From assembly GCA_013387205.1 (NCBI GenBank), contig WARV01000005.1, forward strand, positions 27,924-91,923: a DNA stretch of 64,000 nucleotides, in the 5' to 3' direction. Source of the DNA: Patescibacteria group bacterium (GTDB lineage Bacteria > Patescibacteriota > Doudnabacteria > UBA920). Within the stretch, counting starts at the first letter, position 1. The number at the start of each line of letters is the position of its first letter. The translations under genes were made by a program, and so were the position numbers. Positions 20,192 to 30,022 of the stretch are shown in pieces. The notes below the pieces were generated by a model. That model was not told the DNA's origin. It worked only from the letters and a program-made list of their open reading frames with translations, and did not search any database.

Positions 20192-20656
20192 TTATTTCTT
20201 AAAGCGGGGGAGGAGCATACTGGTTTGTTTGCGGTAAGCGCGGTAATCATCCATGAATTTTTCTTCCAAGGCGCGCTCTTCCAGGTTTGCCCAAAACAGC
20301 ATCACAACTGTCAGCCATATGACAGATGCGAGGATGGGGACAATGGGTGCAATTAAAAATATCGCCCAGGCTAAAATAATGTCCGCGGTGTAAATAGGGT
20401 GGCGGATATAAGCATAAATGCCCTCGGTAACAAGCTTGTCTATTGCTGCGGCGCTGCGGGCTGCTTTCCTATGCACGCTGCCGGCCAGAGACAGCAAATA
20501 TATCCAGTTGGCTAAAGCCATACCAAAGGCAATATAGGAAACCGACCCGACACTGAACATCTTTTCTTTTGGGAATATCAAAAAGCTTAAGGCCGCTCCT
20601 GCGAATATTATTACCCACATTAAAATTGGACTGACTAATTTTTGGTTTAGTTTCAT
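20192..20656 (-). CDS. Isoprenylcysteine carboxyl methyltransferase/PEMT family membrane protein
   Basis: LVTEGIYAYIRHPIY, EE..L...F...Y..Y. Confidence 0.88.
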   Translation of the reverse strand: MKLNQKLVSPILMWVIIFAGAALSFLIFPKEKMFSVGSVSYIAFGMALANWIYLLSLAGSVHRKAARSAAAIDKLVTEGIYAYIRHPIYTADIILAWAIFLIAPIVPILASVIWLTVVMLFWANLEERALEEKFMDDYRAYRKQTSMLLPRFKK

Positions 20657-20720
20657 AAATTTATTTTAGTTATATAAGGTTATTTTATACCCGCCACAAA
20701 TCTTTTTCCAGCCTAGCCTG

Positions 20721-20832
20721 CTATTCTCTTATTCGCGCGAATAAGAGAACAGTTTGGGTTAATGATTTTTATATTGATATATTGATAGTTGATTATGTCT
20801 TGTTCGCTTATTCGTACGAATAAGCGAACAAG
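20721..20832. repeat. Pair of related REP-like palindromes
   Basis: TTCTCTTATTCGCGCGAATAAGAGAA and perfect 34-bp CTTGTTCGCTTATTCGTACGAATAAGCGAACAAG (20799-20832). Confidence 0.75.
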
Positions 20833-20840
20833 GGGCGGGA

Positions 20841-22787
20841 TCATGCGGAGCTTGGGGAGTTTTTTTGGGTTTTAAAGCCGGACAGGAAGTTTACTACGCG
20901 CTGGTCGAGCAATACGTCTTTTGGCTGGACAGGCTGGCGCAGAATCAAGCCTTCTAAAGTGCGGCAGCGGGACAAGGCCACGTAAAGCTGTCCGTGTGCA
21001 AAGGTACCGGTGGCTAAATCCACGCAAACTTTATCAAAGGTTTTTCCTTGCGCTTTGTGGATGGTTAAAGCCCAAGCCAGTTTTAATGGGTATTGGGTGT
21101 AGGTACCCACGGTTTTGGCGTCGATTTTTTGGGTGTCCTTGTCCAAAACAAACTGGAACATTTCCCAGGTGTGCGGATAAACGTGCACTGTTTCGCCGGT
21201 TTCCAATTCTACAATAATCGTGTCTTTCTTTTTTTGCATCGTTTCTTCCACATGTTGCAATAAGCCTTCTCCTTCATTAAATTCATTATTGTTATCATCA
21301 TCTTCATTATCCGTTTTGGCAAAGCCGATTATTTTTCCCATGGTTCCGTTTACCCAGCGCTTCCTTTGGTCATTGTTGAGCATCATGACCTGTGCGCCGG
21401 TTTTAACCCGCAGCAGCAAATCGTTCGGCAAAGTTTTGTCTTCGAATTTGCCGTAAGCGCTGCCTTTGAACGAAAACTCTTCGGCCTTTATGCGGTCCAG
21501 GAAAAAATTATTGACCTGGTTGGCCCGCGCGTTGGTGGTGGTTAAATACACGGCAAACCTTTCGAACGTGAATTTTACCCCGGCCGTCTGGCTGCGCTGG
21601 TTTAAGATAGTCAGATGTTCGGAACTTGCCGTATTATTGCGGATGGCGTTTAAAATTTCCAGGAATACCTGGTCCTTTTGCCGGTAAACCTGCTTGAGTT
21701 CGGCAAAAGCAAAGTTTGCTTTTTTAAAACTGCGGGCATCAAAAAAGTAAGGGCTGTTGTATTCGGATATCAACCCCTGGCCGCCCGAAAAATCTTTTTC
21801 TACGGGCGGCAATTGGTAAAGGTCGCCAATAAATATCATCTGTATGCCGCCAAACGGCATTAAGTAAGTCGGCCCGTTCTGGCGCAGGAATTTATCCAAA
21901 CAATCCAAAAGGTCAGCCCTGACCATGGATATTTCATCGATGATAATTGTGTTGAGTTTTTGCAGTAACTGCTTCTTACCGCCCCATGGCGCCAGCTTTT
22001 TGACTTTGGACAAGGTTATGTCCGGGCCAAAGCCGCAAAATGAATGGATGGTTTGCCCGCCCACGTTTACTGCAGCTACGCCGGTCGGCGCCAGCACGAC
22101 CACGTTCTTTTTTGTGGTGTATTTGAAATACTGGAGCAGGGTAGATTTGCCCGTACCGGCCTCGCCGGTCAAAAAAATGTTTTGATTGGTCTCTTCAAAC
22201 AAACGCAAAGCGTTTGCCAGTTCTTGGTTTTGCGAAAAATCCATTTCCGGTATTTCCGGCTCGGGTCTTATCCTTTCAGCTTCGTCCTGCCACAGCAAAT
22301 CATTCCTTGTGAAAATTTTAAGGCCATCAACCAATTGGGAAAGCCTGGCTCTTACTGCTTTGCGGCTAATCCCTAATTTTCCACCGACCCTGTTTGCGAA
22401 TGCTTGGAAGGTTTCAGATTTTGAGCCTGCGTATTTTTTATATTCTTCGAGCAATACAGAATCATGCTCAGGCTTAACTCCGGCCAAAGATTCTTCCAGC
22501 TTCTGTAGGTTCCTTTGCTTTTCTTTTTCGTAATCCCAGCCGGGGATATCCTGGTAAAATTGCGCCAGGCGTCCTCTAATCCCGTTGATGTTCCGTCCGA
22601 ACTCAGGCGCTACATCAGTTAAAAATTTTTCAAAATCGCCGGAATTTTCTTCAAGAAAGTTTTGGTATATTTTTTTCAGTCTCTCGTCTTCCTCTTTTTC
22701 CCATTTCATAAAAGCCTTAGGATATGTCTTCCTAATTTCTTGCAGCCAATTGGGGTTTTTGGTTGTTTTGGCGGTTCGGTCTTCCAT
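20841..22787 (-). CDS. PIF1-like SF1B DNA helicase with N-terminal Myb/HTH-like domain
   Basis: TGEAGTGKST, APTGVAA, IDEISM, GDLYQLPPV, YRQKD, WALTIHKAQG, GQLYVALSR. Confidence 0.92.
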   Translation of the reverse strand: MEDRTAKTTKNPNWLQEIRKTYPKAFMKWEKEEDERLKKIYQNFLEENSGDFEKFLTDVAPEFGRNINGIRGRLAQFYQDIPGWDYEKEKQRNLQKLEESLAGVKPEHDSVLLEEYKKYAGSKSETFQAFANRVGGKLGISRKAVRARLSQLVDGLKIFTRNDLLWQDEAERIRPEPEIPEMDFSQNQELANALRLFEETNQNIFLTGEAGTGKSTLLQYFKYTTKKNVVVLAPTGVAAVNVGGQTIHSFCGFGPDITLSKVKKLAPWGGKKQLLQKLNTIIIDEISMVRADLLDCLDKFLRQNGPTYLMPFGGIQMIFIGDLYQLPPVEKDFSGGQGLISEYNSPYFFDARSFKKANFAFAELKQVYRQKDQVFLEILNAIRNNTASSEHLTILNQRSQTAGVKFTFERFAVYLTTTNARANQVNNFFLDRIKAEEFSFKGSAYGKFEDKTLPNDLLLRVKTGAQVMMLNNDQRKRWVNGTMGKIIGFAKTDNEDDDNNNEFNEGEGLLQHVEETMQKKKDTIIVELETGETVHVYPHTWEMFQFVLDKDTQKIDAKTVGTYTQYPLKLAWALTIHKAQGKTFDKVCVDLATGTFAHGQLYVALSRCRTLEGLILRQPVQPKDVLLDQRVVNFLSGFKTQKNSPSSA

Positions 22788-22941
22788 AAAATTATATTAC
22801 CAGCCGAAATTGCCGTTGTCTATTTTGACTACTAGTAAGCGCACTTATATTTTCGTTTTTGCAGCAAAGTTTCGGGTTTACAAACGTCTATTATTATAAT
22901 TTTTACAATGAAAATTTTGGCTTATTTGAAAGCAGATAGGC

Positions 22942-22970
22942 TTGACAAAAGCGAGGAATTAGCGTAAAAT
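22942..22970 (+). promoter_or_regulatory. Sigma70-type promoter
   Basis: TTGACA-17-TAAAAT. Confidence 0.75.
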
Positions 22971-23053
22971 GTTCGGGATGCCTTTTTAGGGTTCCGATGT
23001 GTTTATGCTCGGAATTCGGAGGATGGGAAAAAACCTAAAGGAGGAAAGTTTAG

Positions 23054-23215
23054 ATGGAAGCTAAAGAAAACGCAGTTCCAAACAATTGGTCCAAGTTGGG
23101 CAAGGAAGATAACGACTGGCTAAACCGCCAGACGTTAAACCGCATCAGATCGCTTGAAGCCCAGAAGCAAGTTCCGCCCAACACCGGAAGCCATTGTCCG
23201 GAACCGTATTTCTAA
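23054..23215 (+). CDS. 53-aa small protein (not in ORF track)
   Basis: AAGGAGG SD, near-consensus promoter upstream, hairpin downstream; MEAKENAVPNNWSKLGKEDNDWLNRQTLNRIRSLEAQKQVPPNTGSHCPEPYF. Confidence 0.65.
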   Translation: MEAKENAVPNNWSKLGKEDNDWLNRQTLNRIRSLEAQKQVPPNTGSHCPEPYF

Positions 23216-23269
23216 GCCTTAGCCCGCTCCGCGCATGTAAAAAACACCTACATGTCGAGCGGGTGTTTT

Positions 23270-23575
23270 TTAATTAATTTCTACCGGATAACCTTTGGAT
23301 AAAGCCGAAATTAAGTATTGCTTATATTGCATGGCTTCGTAATCGCTTAAATCCATTTTTTCTTCATTGGCGATTTCTGCCAAAGCCATGGTTGCGTATT
23401 CCTCAAGTTTTTCCTGAGCCAAGAAAAAACTGTTGGATTTTATCGGGCGGCCGCCATTCTGCAGATATAAAACTTTTAAAATATTTTCCGCATCAGATTC
23501 CGCTCTGGCTTGTATTATCTTGGCGCGATATTCCTGGTTTTCAATATTCGGTTGAGGTGTATACCTTTCGCCCAT
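23270..23575 (-). CDS. Hypothetical protein
   Basis: 101-aa ORF coupled to upstream gene. Confidence 0.65.
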   Translation of the reverse strand: MGERYTPQPNIENQEYRAKIIQARAESDAENILKVLYLQNGGRPIKSNSFFLAQEKLEEYATMALAEIANEEKMDLSDYEAMQYKQYLISALSKGYPVEIN

Positions 23576-23579
23576 AAAA

Positions 23580-23918
23580 TTATTTTTTATTCTGGATTTG
23601 GTCCGGGTTTAAACTTTTCAAATCGAACTGCTTGAAATCCATTTGCTTAATGTTTTTTAAGGCATCCTGCAAATCTTTGTTTTGGGTCTGGGTTGCGCCC
23701 TGGATGCCTTGCAACTGGCTGTACATAGTGCCTATTTGGTTCAAGAAGGGCTGGAAATAAAAATATGCCCAGACCAGCGGCCCGACAATTATCACGAACT
23801 TTACAAATCCCCACACCCGCCCCCAGCGGGCGGCATTCCGCATGCTTAATAAAATTTTATTGTTTTCTTCAGAGAGAGTAACTGCCCTCTGTAGAACTTG
23901 CATTTCTTCTGGAGTCAT
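23580..23918 (-). CDS. Single-TM hypothetical protein
   Basis: LSEENNKIL..MRN followed by TM helix. Confidence 0.75.
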   Translation of the reverse strand: MTPEEMQVLQRAVTLSEENNKILLSMRNAARWGRVWGFVKFVIIVGPLVWAYFYFQPFLNQIGTMYSQLQGIQGATQTQNKDLQDALKNIKQMDFKQFDLKSLNPDQIQNKK

Positions 23919-23987
23919 TGTTTTAGGTTTTAGTTGTTAGTTTGTAGATATATAACTCAGCTATATTTTAGCATTTTTATAATGCGG

Positions 23988-24182
23988 CGTCATCCTGAGC
24001 CGTGAGCGAAGTTCTGCTCTTGATGCAAGAGCAGAACGAAGTCGAAGGGCGAAGGATCCCTTAATGAAAAATAAGAGATTCTTCGGTCGGATGCACTCCC
24101 TCGGAATGACGTCGTTTAAAGATTGCTTTGTCGTCGGATGCCCCAAAGGGGCCTCTTTGAGGCACTCCTCCTCGCAATGACA
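23988..24182. repeat. REP-like element family B (composite variants)
   Basis: CGTCATCCTGAG...CTCGGAATGACG followed by GATTGC...CTCGCAATGACA. Confidence 0.8.
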
Positions 24183-24193
24183 ACAAATTAAAA

Positions 24194-25600
24194 TTAATCA
24201 CTTTTGCAGCGGTATATGCCAATAAAGTTATCCTGCTCGCCTGAAGTGCTGGGAAGTTTCGCTGCTGCCTGGCAGTATCTCTGCAAAAGCCCCGGGCTAA
24301 AATATCCGTCCATGCCGAAATCTTTAATGCCGAATTGCGGCAAATCTGTTACGCGGCCCAAAAGATATACGCCGTGCCTGACAGCGGAAGCGCTGGCCTC
24401 GCCGAGATCCTGCCCGCCGGAAGCAAAGGCTTGCGTGTTAGTGTCTATATAATTATTAAACAAGTTCCTGCCAGACATTAGCGCAATAAGAGGCGCCACC
24501 TCGTGCGAGCCGTAAAGTTCCATTTTATCAGGTAATTTTTTTACTGCTTCTGCCACTTCGGGCGCGTTCGTGAACCGGCCAATGGTATAAAATTCGTTTT
24601 TATAAACCCAAAAAGAAACAGAAGCAAACAGCAAATAAACAGCGAGGACGCCGAGTGCAATCTGTTTGCCGAAATATTTATAATCCCAAACTGCTGACAA
24701 AAATATAACCGCACCCAAAACCAAATACGCAAAAAAACTTTCCAAATAGAGATAGTACAAATCGGGAAATATCAGGAAAAAAGCAGCCGTGAAAATCAGC
24801 GGCAAAATCAAGATCTTCTTTTTTAAAATCATAACTCCTAAAATTCCAAATAAAACCAAGAGCCATTCTTTTTTCAAAAAGAATTGCCAGATGTACCATT
24901 TGTCGAGTCCTGGCGGCCTGTGCAGTTGGTGGCTGAACATGTAGCCGTAAACTTTGCCGAATGACAAAACCAGGAACGGGCCTAAAATCACGATACCGGC
25001 AATAAGCGCTCCGGCTAAAATCCTAAAAAACTTTTTAACCGGAGTTTTTGTAATTAGCAGATACAGCAAAAATCCCGCAAAGGCCGGCAGGGCGTACATT
25101 TTAGTTAAAATTGCCAAGGAAAAGCCAAGCCCGGAAAGTAGGGGGAAGTCGTATTCCCAAAATAGCAGGCCCAAGGTCATTAGCAAAACAGTCAGCTGGA
25201 TACCGGTTAAATAATCACTGGTGGCCAGAACAGTGAAAGAAAACAAATAAAAAACCGGACCAAAAAAAGCCAGGGGCTGCCGCCATTTTTTTAGAATAAA
25301 ATAAATCGCAATCGCTGTAAGGCTCTCCAAGAATATCGGCAGGACCTGGAATAATATCAATTTTTGTCCAAAAATAAGTTTGAAAGGAGCAAGAAATAAT
25401 ACTAAAAATGGGGGATCGGCCAAAAAGAAATCGCGGTAGGGAAGCTGGCCCTGCAGTAGCCCTTCGGCCATGTAAAGGTATGCGTTGCCATCGCCAAAAC
25501 GGAAAGTTAAAAATTCAAGCTTGTATATTAAAAAACCGGCCAGGATTAAGGCTAAAAAAATGGCTTCCAAGTATTTTTTTTGTTTCCAAAAAGCCTGCAT
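24194..25600 (-). CDS. GT-C type multi-pass membrane glycosyltransferase
   Basis: D...Y..MA..L..GQLPYRDFF...PP motif; many TM segments. Confidence 0.75.
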   Translation of the reverse strand: MQAFWKQKKYLEAIFLALILAGFLIYKLEFLTFRFGDGNAYLYMAEGLLQGQLPYRDFFLADPPFLVLFLAPFKLIFGQKLILFQVLPIFLESLTAIAIYFILKKWRQPLAFFGPVFYLFSFTVLATSDYLTGIQLTVLLMTLGLLFWEYDFPLLSGLGFSLAILTKMYALPAFAGFLLYLLITKTPVKKFFRILAGALIAGIVILGPFLVLSFGKVYGYMFSHQLHRPPGLDKWYIWQFFLKKEWLLVLFGILGVMILKKKILILPLIFTAAFFLIFPDLYYLYLESFFAYLVLGAVIFLSAVWDYKYFGKQIALGVLAVYLLFASVSFWVYKNEFYTIGRFTNAPEVAEAVKKLPDKMELYGSHEVAPLIALMSGRNLFNNYIDTNTQAFASGGQDLGEASASAVRHGVYLLGRVTDLPQFGIKDFGMDGYFSPGLLQRYCQAAAKLPSTSGEQDNFIGIYRCKSD

Positions 25601-25639
25601 GTGCGTCTACGATTATTTTACCACATTGCAGGTTCGTTA

Positions 25640-25885
25640 TTAAGTGATGTTTCTTATTTTGGCCTTAACCTTGTTCTTTATTTCCCCAGCGCTCATGTTG
25701 TCTTTAACTTCTATATTAAATTGCCGCGCCAGGTCAGCAAGTTTTTCCCTGGCTTCTTCCGTATTCTCCCTGGCTAGGCCTTCGGTTTGGCGCAAAATGT
25801 CCTTAAACCTTTCATCGCTGGCTTTTGCCATGCCTTCAGCCTTGGTTTCCAGATTTTCCCATGAAGGGTTTTTAATTTCAGGCAT
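25640..25885 (-). CDS. Hypothetical helical protein
   Basis: Charged 81-aa ORF from ATG 25885. Confidence 0.6.
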   Translation of the reverse strand: MPEIKNPSWENLETKAEGMAKASDERFKDILRQTEGLARENTEEAREKLADLARQFNIEVKDNMSAGEIKNKVKAKIRNIT

Positions 25886-25910
25886 AAAGTTTCCTTTCAA
25901 GATAATTATT

Positions 25911-25994
25911 TGTCATTCCGGGCTTGACCTGGAATCTACGTTTTGATTTCACCAAAGTTTTGGATTTTCATCTTAAGGCGACGCGGGAATGGCA
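25911..25994. repeat. REP-like element, GTCATTCC subfamily of family B
   Basis: TGTCATTCCGGGCTTGACCTGGAATCT...GGGAATGGCA; related to 61369-61470. Confidence 0.65.
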
Positions 25995-26019
25995 GATTGT
26001 GATGATTTTTCAAATAATC

Positions 26020-26619
26020 TTAGAAAAAGAAATCATCGTCCCGGGTTTCTGCCTGGCTTTTTTGCCTTACCGCTTCCTTGGCAGCGGATTCTGTTTTGGA
26101 ATTTTCTTCCCCAATTTGGCTTTCCATCCAGTCATAAAATTCCAGCGTGTCGTGGTAAAGCCTTTCCCTGTCTTCGTTCTGCCCGGCCCTGACCCTAGAC
26201 GCTTCCAAAGCCGCGGCAGACTTGAACGCCACCTGCATCAAAATTGACGACTGCCTTTTGGCTTCGCGCTTTTCCCAATACTCGAGCCCCGGCCGGCCGC
26301 CGCCCGCGCTTGTCCTGGCGCGCCACTGCGCGGCCGGGGTTACGGATGCTTTTTCTTCGGGCTGTCCGGTCGCCGGCTTAAAGAGCATGATGTTTTTTAT
26401 CACGCCGTCTTTGTATGGCACTTCCTTAAAAGTCACCATCACATTGTCGCCGATTTTATATTGCTGGTAGCTTTTATAAGCTTCGGTGTCTCCGCCATCT
26501 TTCTTTGATTTAAAGAAAGAATAAATCCTGCGGTTTTGGTCGCGGATTTTAATTTGTTGGCCGGTATCTTCGACGCTGGAAATGGTGATGTTTTCACTGT
26601 GTATTTCTTCGTTAGGCAT
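26020..26619 (-). CDS. Putative OB-fold ssDNA-binding-like protein
   Basis: Beta-rich N-terminus, low-complexity linker, acidic-aromatic tail DDFFF. Confidence 0.55.
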   Translation of the reverse strand: MPNEEIHSENITISSVEDTGQQIKIRDQNRRIYSFFKSKKDGGDTEAYKSYQQYKIGDNVMVTFKEVPYKDGVIKNIMLFKPATGQPEEKASVTPAAQWRARTSAGGGRPGLEYWEKREAKRQSSILMQVAFKSAAALEASRVRAGQNEDRERLYHDTLEFYDWMESQIGEENSKTESAAKEAVRQKSQAETRDDDFFF

Positions 26620-26634
26620 AAAAACCCCCTTATA

Positions 26635-26839
26635 AGAGCTGGTTCCAGAACCTCATTTTGCCTGCAATTGCAAATTTTTGGGGTTAAGCTGGCAACTGGC
26701 AGAGCCAGATTGCCATTAAAGCTCATCTTGCCAGAAAAAAATTTTCGGCTTAGCCCTAGCTAAACCTCAAAATTTTTTTCTGCCAATCTGCCCAAAAATT
26801 TGCAATTTCGTCTTAAAAGCAGGTTTTGGAACCAGCTCT
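26635..26839. mobile_element. Hairpin element family A, copy 4 (long form)
   Basis: Ends AGAGCTGGTTCCAGAACCT/AGGTTTTGGAACCAGCTCT; same 40-bp insert as copy 2. Confidence 0.85.
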
Positions 26840-26945
26840 ATAAAACAATTTTCATCGTAATATTTGACGGATGTTACTTAAGCCTTAAAACTACCCTGCT
26901 TAATTTTGGGAAAATTAATTGTATAAAAAAGAGGTTTGTTTATGC

Positions 26946-26982
26946 GGAAACGAATGGCTCAACCCACGGTTGAGCCATTCAT
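26946..26982. repeat. Hairpin repeat family D
   Basis: GGAAACGAATGGCTCAACCCACGGTTGAGCCATTCAT; 36/37 identical to 56393-56429. Confidence 0.85.
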
Positions 26983-26989
26983 CAGGTAC

Positions 26990-27033
26990 AACAAAGGGGG
27001 TACCTTGCATTAATGCAAGGTACCCCCTTTGTT
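26990..27033. repeat. Perfect 44-bp palindrome (possible terminator)
   Basis: AACAAAGGGGGTACCTTGCATT|AATGCAAGGTACCCCCTTTGTT. Confidence 0.85.
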
Positions 27034-27052
27034 AAATGTCGGTAGATGTTAG

Positions 27053-27838
27053 CTAATTATCTTCTGTTTTTTTGCTATTTTTTACATCAAGCAATTCTAT
27101 TTTTCCTGATGTATTGTTTTTCCTTGAAGCCTTGGAATTTTCCGAATCGCGCGAATCATTAGTCTGCTGGTTGTCCTGCCTGCGTTCCTTGTCATTTTGG
27201 CTGCGCTTGTCTTCTTTGGAAGGCTTTCCTTGGTTATCTTCAATTTTAACTCCTTGCTTTTTGGCTTCATTGCTTAAGTCTTCAATTTTCTTCCTGATCT
27301 CTGACGCGTTATCGTTATTGCCTTTTCGTTCGTAGTCCTTTTCCACTTTTTGCAAAGAATTTATCGCCTGGTTAACTTCGGTTTTGGCTCGCCCTAAAGC
27401 TTCTTCTTTTTGCGGCTGCTGGCTTTGTGGTGTTTGCGGGTTGTCAATCGCCTTGAGTTCGTTAAGCCTTTCTTGGGCATGGTTTGCTTTAATGTATGCT
27501 TTTTTCTGCGGGCTTGGGGTGATATTCAGTTCAACATTTTCTTTGGCCATCTTAAGTTTATAAAGCGCGGTTCCTGGCAAGGCCTGGCTGGATGCGTAAA
27601 CCGCGCCGCTTAAAATTACGAACACGACAGCCAAGGCAAAAGATAACCTGGCAAGGCCAAAAGTCCACGAGGTTTTTTTTACCAACGTTAATTTCTGGTC
27701 CTGGGTAATGTTTGATATTTGGGCAAGCACGGAATTTCTTATCTGCTTTTGACTGTCTTTTGGCAAATTAAAAGATTCGCTAAGCTTGCTTAGCTCGGAT
27801 TGAATATCATCTTTTTTTCGGTTGTCAGCGGAGTTCAT
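27053..27838 (-). CDS. Anti-sigma-like membrane protein (DUF5667-like)
   Basis: TM then ALPG..LY.LK...E motif; overlaps ECF sigma gene. Confidence 0.8.
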   Translation of the reverse strand: MNSADNRKKDDIQSELSKLSESFNLPKDSQKQIRNSVLAQISNITQDQKLTLVKKTSWTFGLARLSFALAVVFVILSGAVYASSQALPGTALYKLKMAKENVELNITPSPQKKAYIKANHAQERLNELKAIDNPQTPQSQQPQKEEALGRAKTEVNQAINSLQKVEKDYERKGNNDNASEIRKKIEDLSNEAKKQGVKIEDNQGKPSKEDKRSQNDKERRQDNQQTNDSRDSENSKASRKNNTSGKIELLDVKNSKKTEDN

Positions 27839-28388
27839 GTTCAGGATATTGTTTGATTAGTGTTTGAAGTTTCTTTAAAGCCCGGTGCTGGGCCATTCTT
27901 ACGGAAAGCGAACTTTTGTTAAGCGCTTGGGCTGTTTCTTTTATGGATAAGTCAGATAAGAACCTTAACTCCAAAACTGTCCGGTAATTATCGGGAAGCT
28001 GTGAAAGCATCTGCCGCAGTTTTTCCGAGCTGAGATTTTTGTCCAAATCCTGCTCGCTGTTTAAAGATGCCGGGGCGTCTAAATTATCAAAAATTTCCAC
28101 GGTCTGGATGATGCGGGAATTTTTCCGGTAATGGTCGGTTATGGCATTGAGCGCTATTTTATAAAGCCAGCCGGAAAAACTTCCGGCGTCGGGATTAAAC
28201 AAAGGCAAGCCCTTCCAGGCTTTGATGAAAGTTTCCTGAAGCAGATCTTCGGCTTGCTGGTTGCCGCTGGTTTTAGCGCGGATAAACCTGTAGAGCGGCT
28301 GGCTGAATTGGTCATAAATCACGCCAAAAGATTCCGTACTGCCGGACTGCGCTTTTTTTATATGGTTTGAAAGTTCGTCCTTTTCCAA
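27825..28388 (-). CDS. ECF-type RNA polymerase sigma factor
   Basis: AEDLLQETFIKAW, FSGWLYKIA.N...D, region 4 LS..ETAQ.L...HRALKKL. Confidence 0.93.
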   Translation of the reverse strand: MEKDELSNHIKKAQSGSTESFGVIYDQFSQPLYRFIRAKTSGNQQAEDLLQETFIKAWKGLPLFNPDAGSFSGWLYKIALNAITDHYRKNSRIIQTVEIFDNLDAPASLNSEQDLDKNLSSEKLRQMLSQLPDNYRTVLELRFLSDLSIKETAQALNKSSLSVRMAQHRALKKLQTLIKQYPEHELR

Positions 28389-28669
28389 TTTGGTAAACGA
28401 TAATTTATTGGCCTTTGTTTCTATATCTACTATTTAAATATTACAGCTTTGGGGAATTGTTGGCAAAAGCCGTTTTTGATAAAAAACAGGCTTGCGCGGC
28501 ATTTTATTGCCGCGCAAACCTCATTTGCCTTCCTTAAAATCGCTCGAGCCGCCTTAAGGAAAGCGTGTTTCCATGGGTTTTTCCAAAATTACCCAACTAC
28601 ATATACGTTGGCAATAAAATTTTGTTTCTTTTGTATAGAAAAATCATCGTTGGAAATTAGTAGGTATTT

Positions 28670-28701
28670 TAAAAACACCAACCGATCGGTTGGTGTTTTT
28701 A
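28670..28701. terminator. Perfect 32-bp palindrome, bidirectional terminator at the probable left island junction
   Basis: TAAAAACACCAACCGA|TCGGTTGGTGTTTTTA. Confidence 0.75.
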
Positions 28702-28877
28702 TGGCTGAACAAGACTGTCTGGTACGGGTATTGTAAGGGATTTAGGGAGTCTTTGCTAGCCCTTAGGAGGCACTACGGTCACTTTTGGCTACAAACAAAA
28801 TGTTACAAATGTTACACCATTTCGTGGGGTACTGTAACATGTAATTTTTTAGGGTTGGCGCAACTCCAAATCAACGC

Positions 28878-30011
28878 TCAAAGTTTCTTCAAAGCTTCAA
28901 TAAAACTGGGGTCATTTATGTACGCTTCGACGATGATTTTAATGTAATTAAAAGCAATTTCCACAAAATCAAACATATCACTATCTTTCCGTCCCGTTAC
29001 ACTCCTCATGTACCGATCCAAAGCGTTCCAGTCCCCGTGGGCAATCATGGACCTAATGTCGTAAAGATTTTTAAGCTTTTTAACTGCGGCTGCAAAATCA
29101 CCCTTGTTTTTTTGTTTTATTAGTACTCCAGCTTTCAGTTGAAACTGTTTGCTAATAGAGTCTTCGACATTAAACCTTGAGTAATCCGGATTATGGGTCA
29201 GTAAAAATTCTATGATGCTAACAAGCATGAGTAATTGCATTCTAGAATTGATCGTATTTTCATTGACATTGCGGATCATCTCGCCGACAAACATCAATTT
29301 CCCTTTTTGCTCCGACGATAGCAAATCAATTCTTTCACCCCAACGCACCATGTCATCTATCCGCCCCATCACTGTTTGGTAGTCAAACTCCTTGAATTTT
29401 TTATCAGGAAAAGATAATTGATGCAGGTATATGAACAATTCTTGGGTGAGTGAACGTTTTTCAGTTTCCAGTTCAATGGTCTTAGTCAAACGCCCCTCAA
29501 AAACATCTAAAAATAGTAAGGATAGGATAGCTGCAAAATTTGAAGCGTTTTCTTCCCTAACAGCACCAACTTCATTGCCTTGTAAAATAAACAACCCCCG
29601 TTCCTTGCGCTTTCTCATTTGCCGTTGCTCTTCTCTGAGTTTTTCAAAAAAACCTTCATCATCAAAACGTACAATGAGCCAGCTATTAGCTAGGTAATTA
29701 AAAGCTTCTTTTGGATCGTAATGTTTTAGGAAAGTTTTATCAATGTATTCATTTTTTTGACTTTTTTGTTTAAGCCCAATAAGTATTTTCTTTAGGTATT
29801 TTTTATGCAAAATAGTTTTCCCCTCAGACATAAAAAAATAATTTTTTAGCCTTTTATCATCGTCCCGAAATTCAATGTGCTCTTCTAAAAGCTGCCGAAA
29901 GTAAGATTGTTCGTTAGGGGTGCGTGGGTTGTCTAGTTCAATTTTCCAATATTTTGATAAGGTAATTTTTTTGTTTAAAGGGAAGACTCCTTTTAGTGGA
30001 ATTATATTCAT
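28878..30011 (-). CDS. HEPN domain protein (ApeA-like)
   Basis: L.S.IE.L...LYDIRSMIAHG (RxxxxH). Confidence 0.8.
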   Translation of the reverse strand: MNIIPLKGVFPLNKKITLSKYWKIELDNPRTPNEQSYFRQLLEEHIEFRDDDKRLKNYFFMSEGKTILHKKYLKKILIGLKQKSQKNEYIDKTFLKHYDPKEAFNYLANSWLIVRFDDEGFFEKLREEQRQMRKRKERGLFILQGNEVGAVREENASNFAAILSLLFLDVFEGRLTKTIELETEKRSLTQELFIYLHQLSFPDKKFKEFDYQTVMGRIDDMVRWGERIDLLSSEQKGKLMFVGEMIRNVNENTINSRMQLLMLVSIIEFLLTHNPDYSRFNVEDSISKQFQLKAGVLIKQKNKGDFAAAVKKLKNLYDIRSMIAHGDWNALDRYMRSVTGRKDSDMFDFVEIAFNYIKIIVEAYINDPSFIEALKKL

Positions 30012-30022
30012 GTATTTAAAAT

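Noticed and set aside
2170-26763. ORFs over repeats (2170-2514, 9789-9983, 23961-24146, 26439-26726, 26536-26763)
   Set aside because: Translations of palindromic elements with no protein motifs.
28449-28947. ORFs 28449-28736 and 28690-28947
   Set aside because: They cross terminator palindromes at the island junction; no RBS or motifs.
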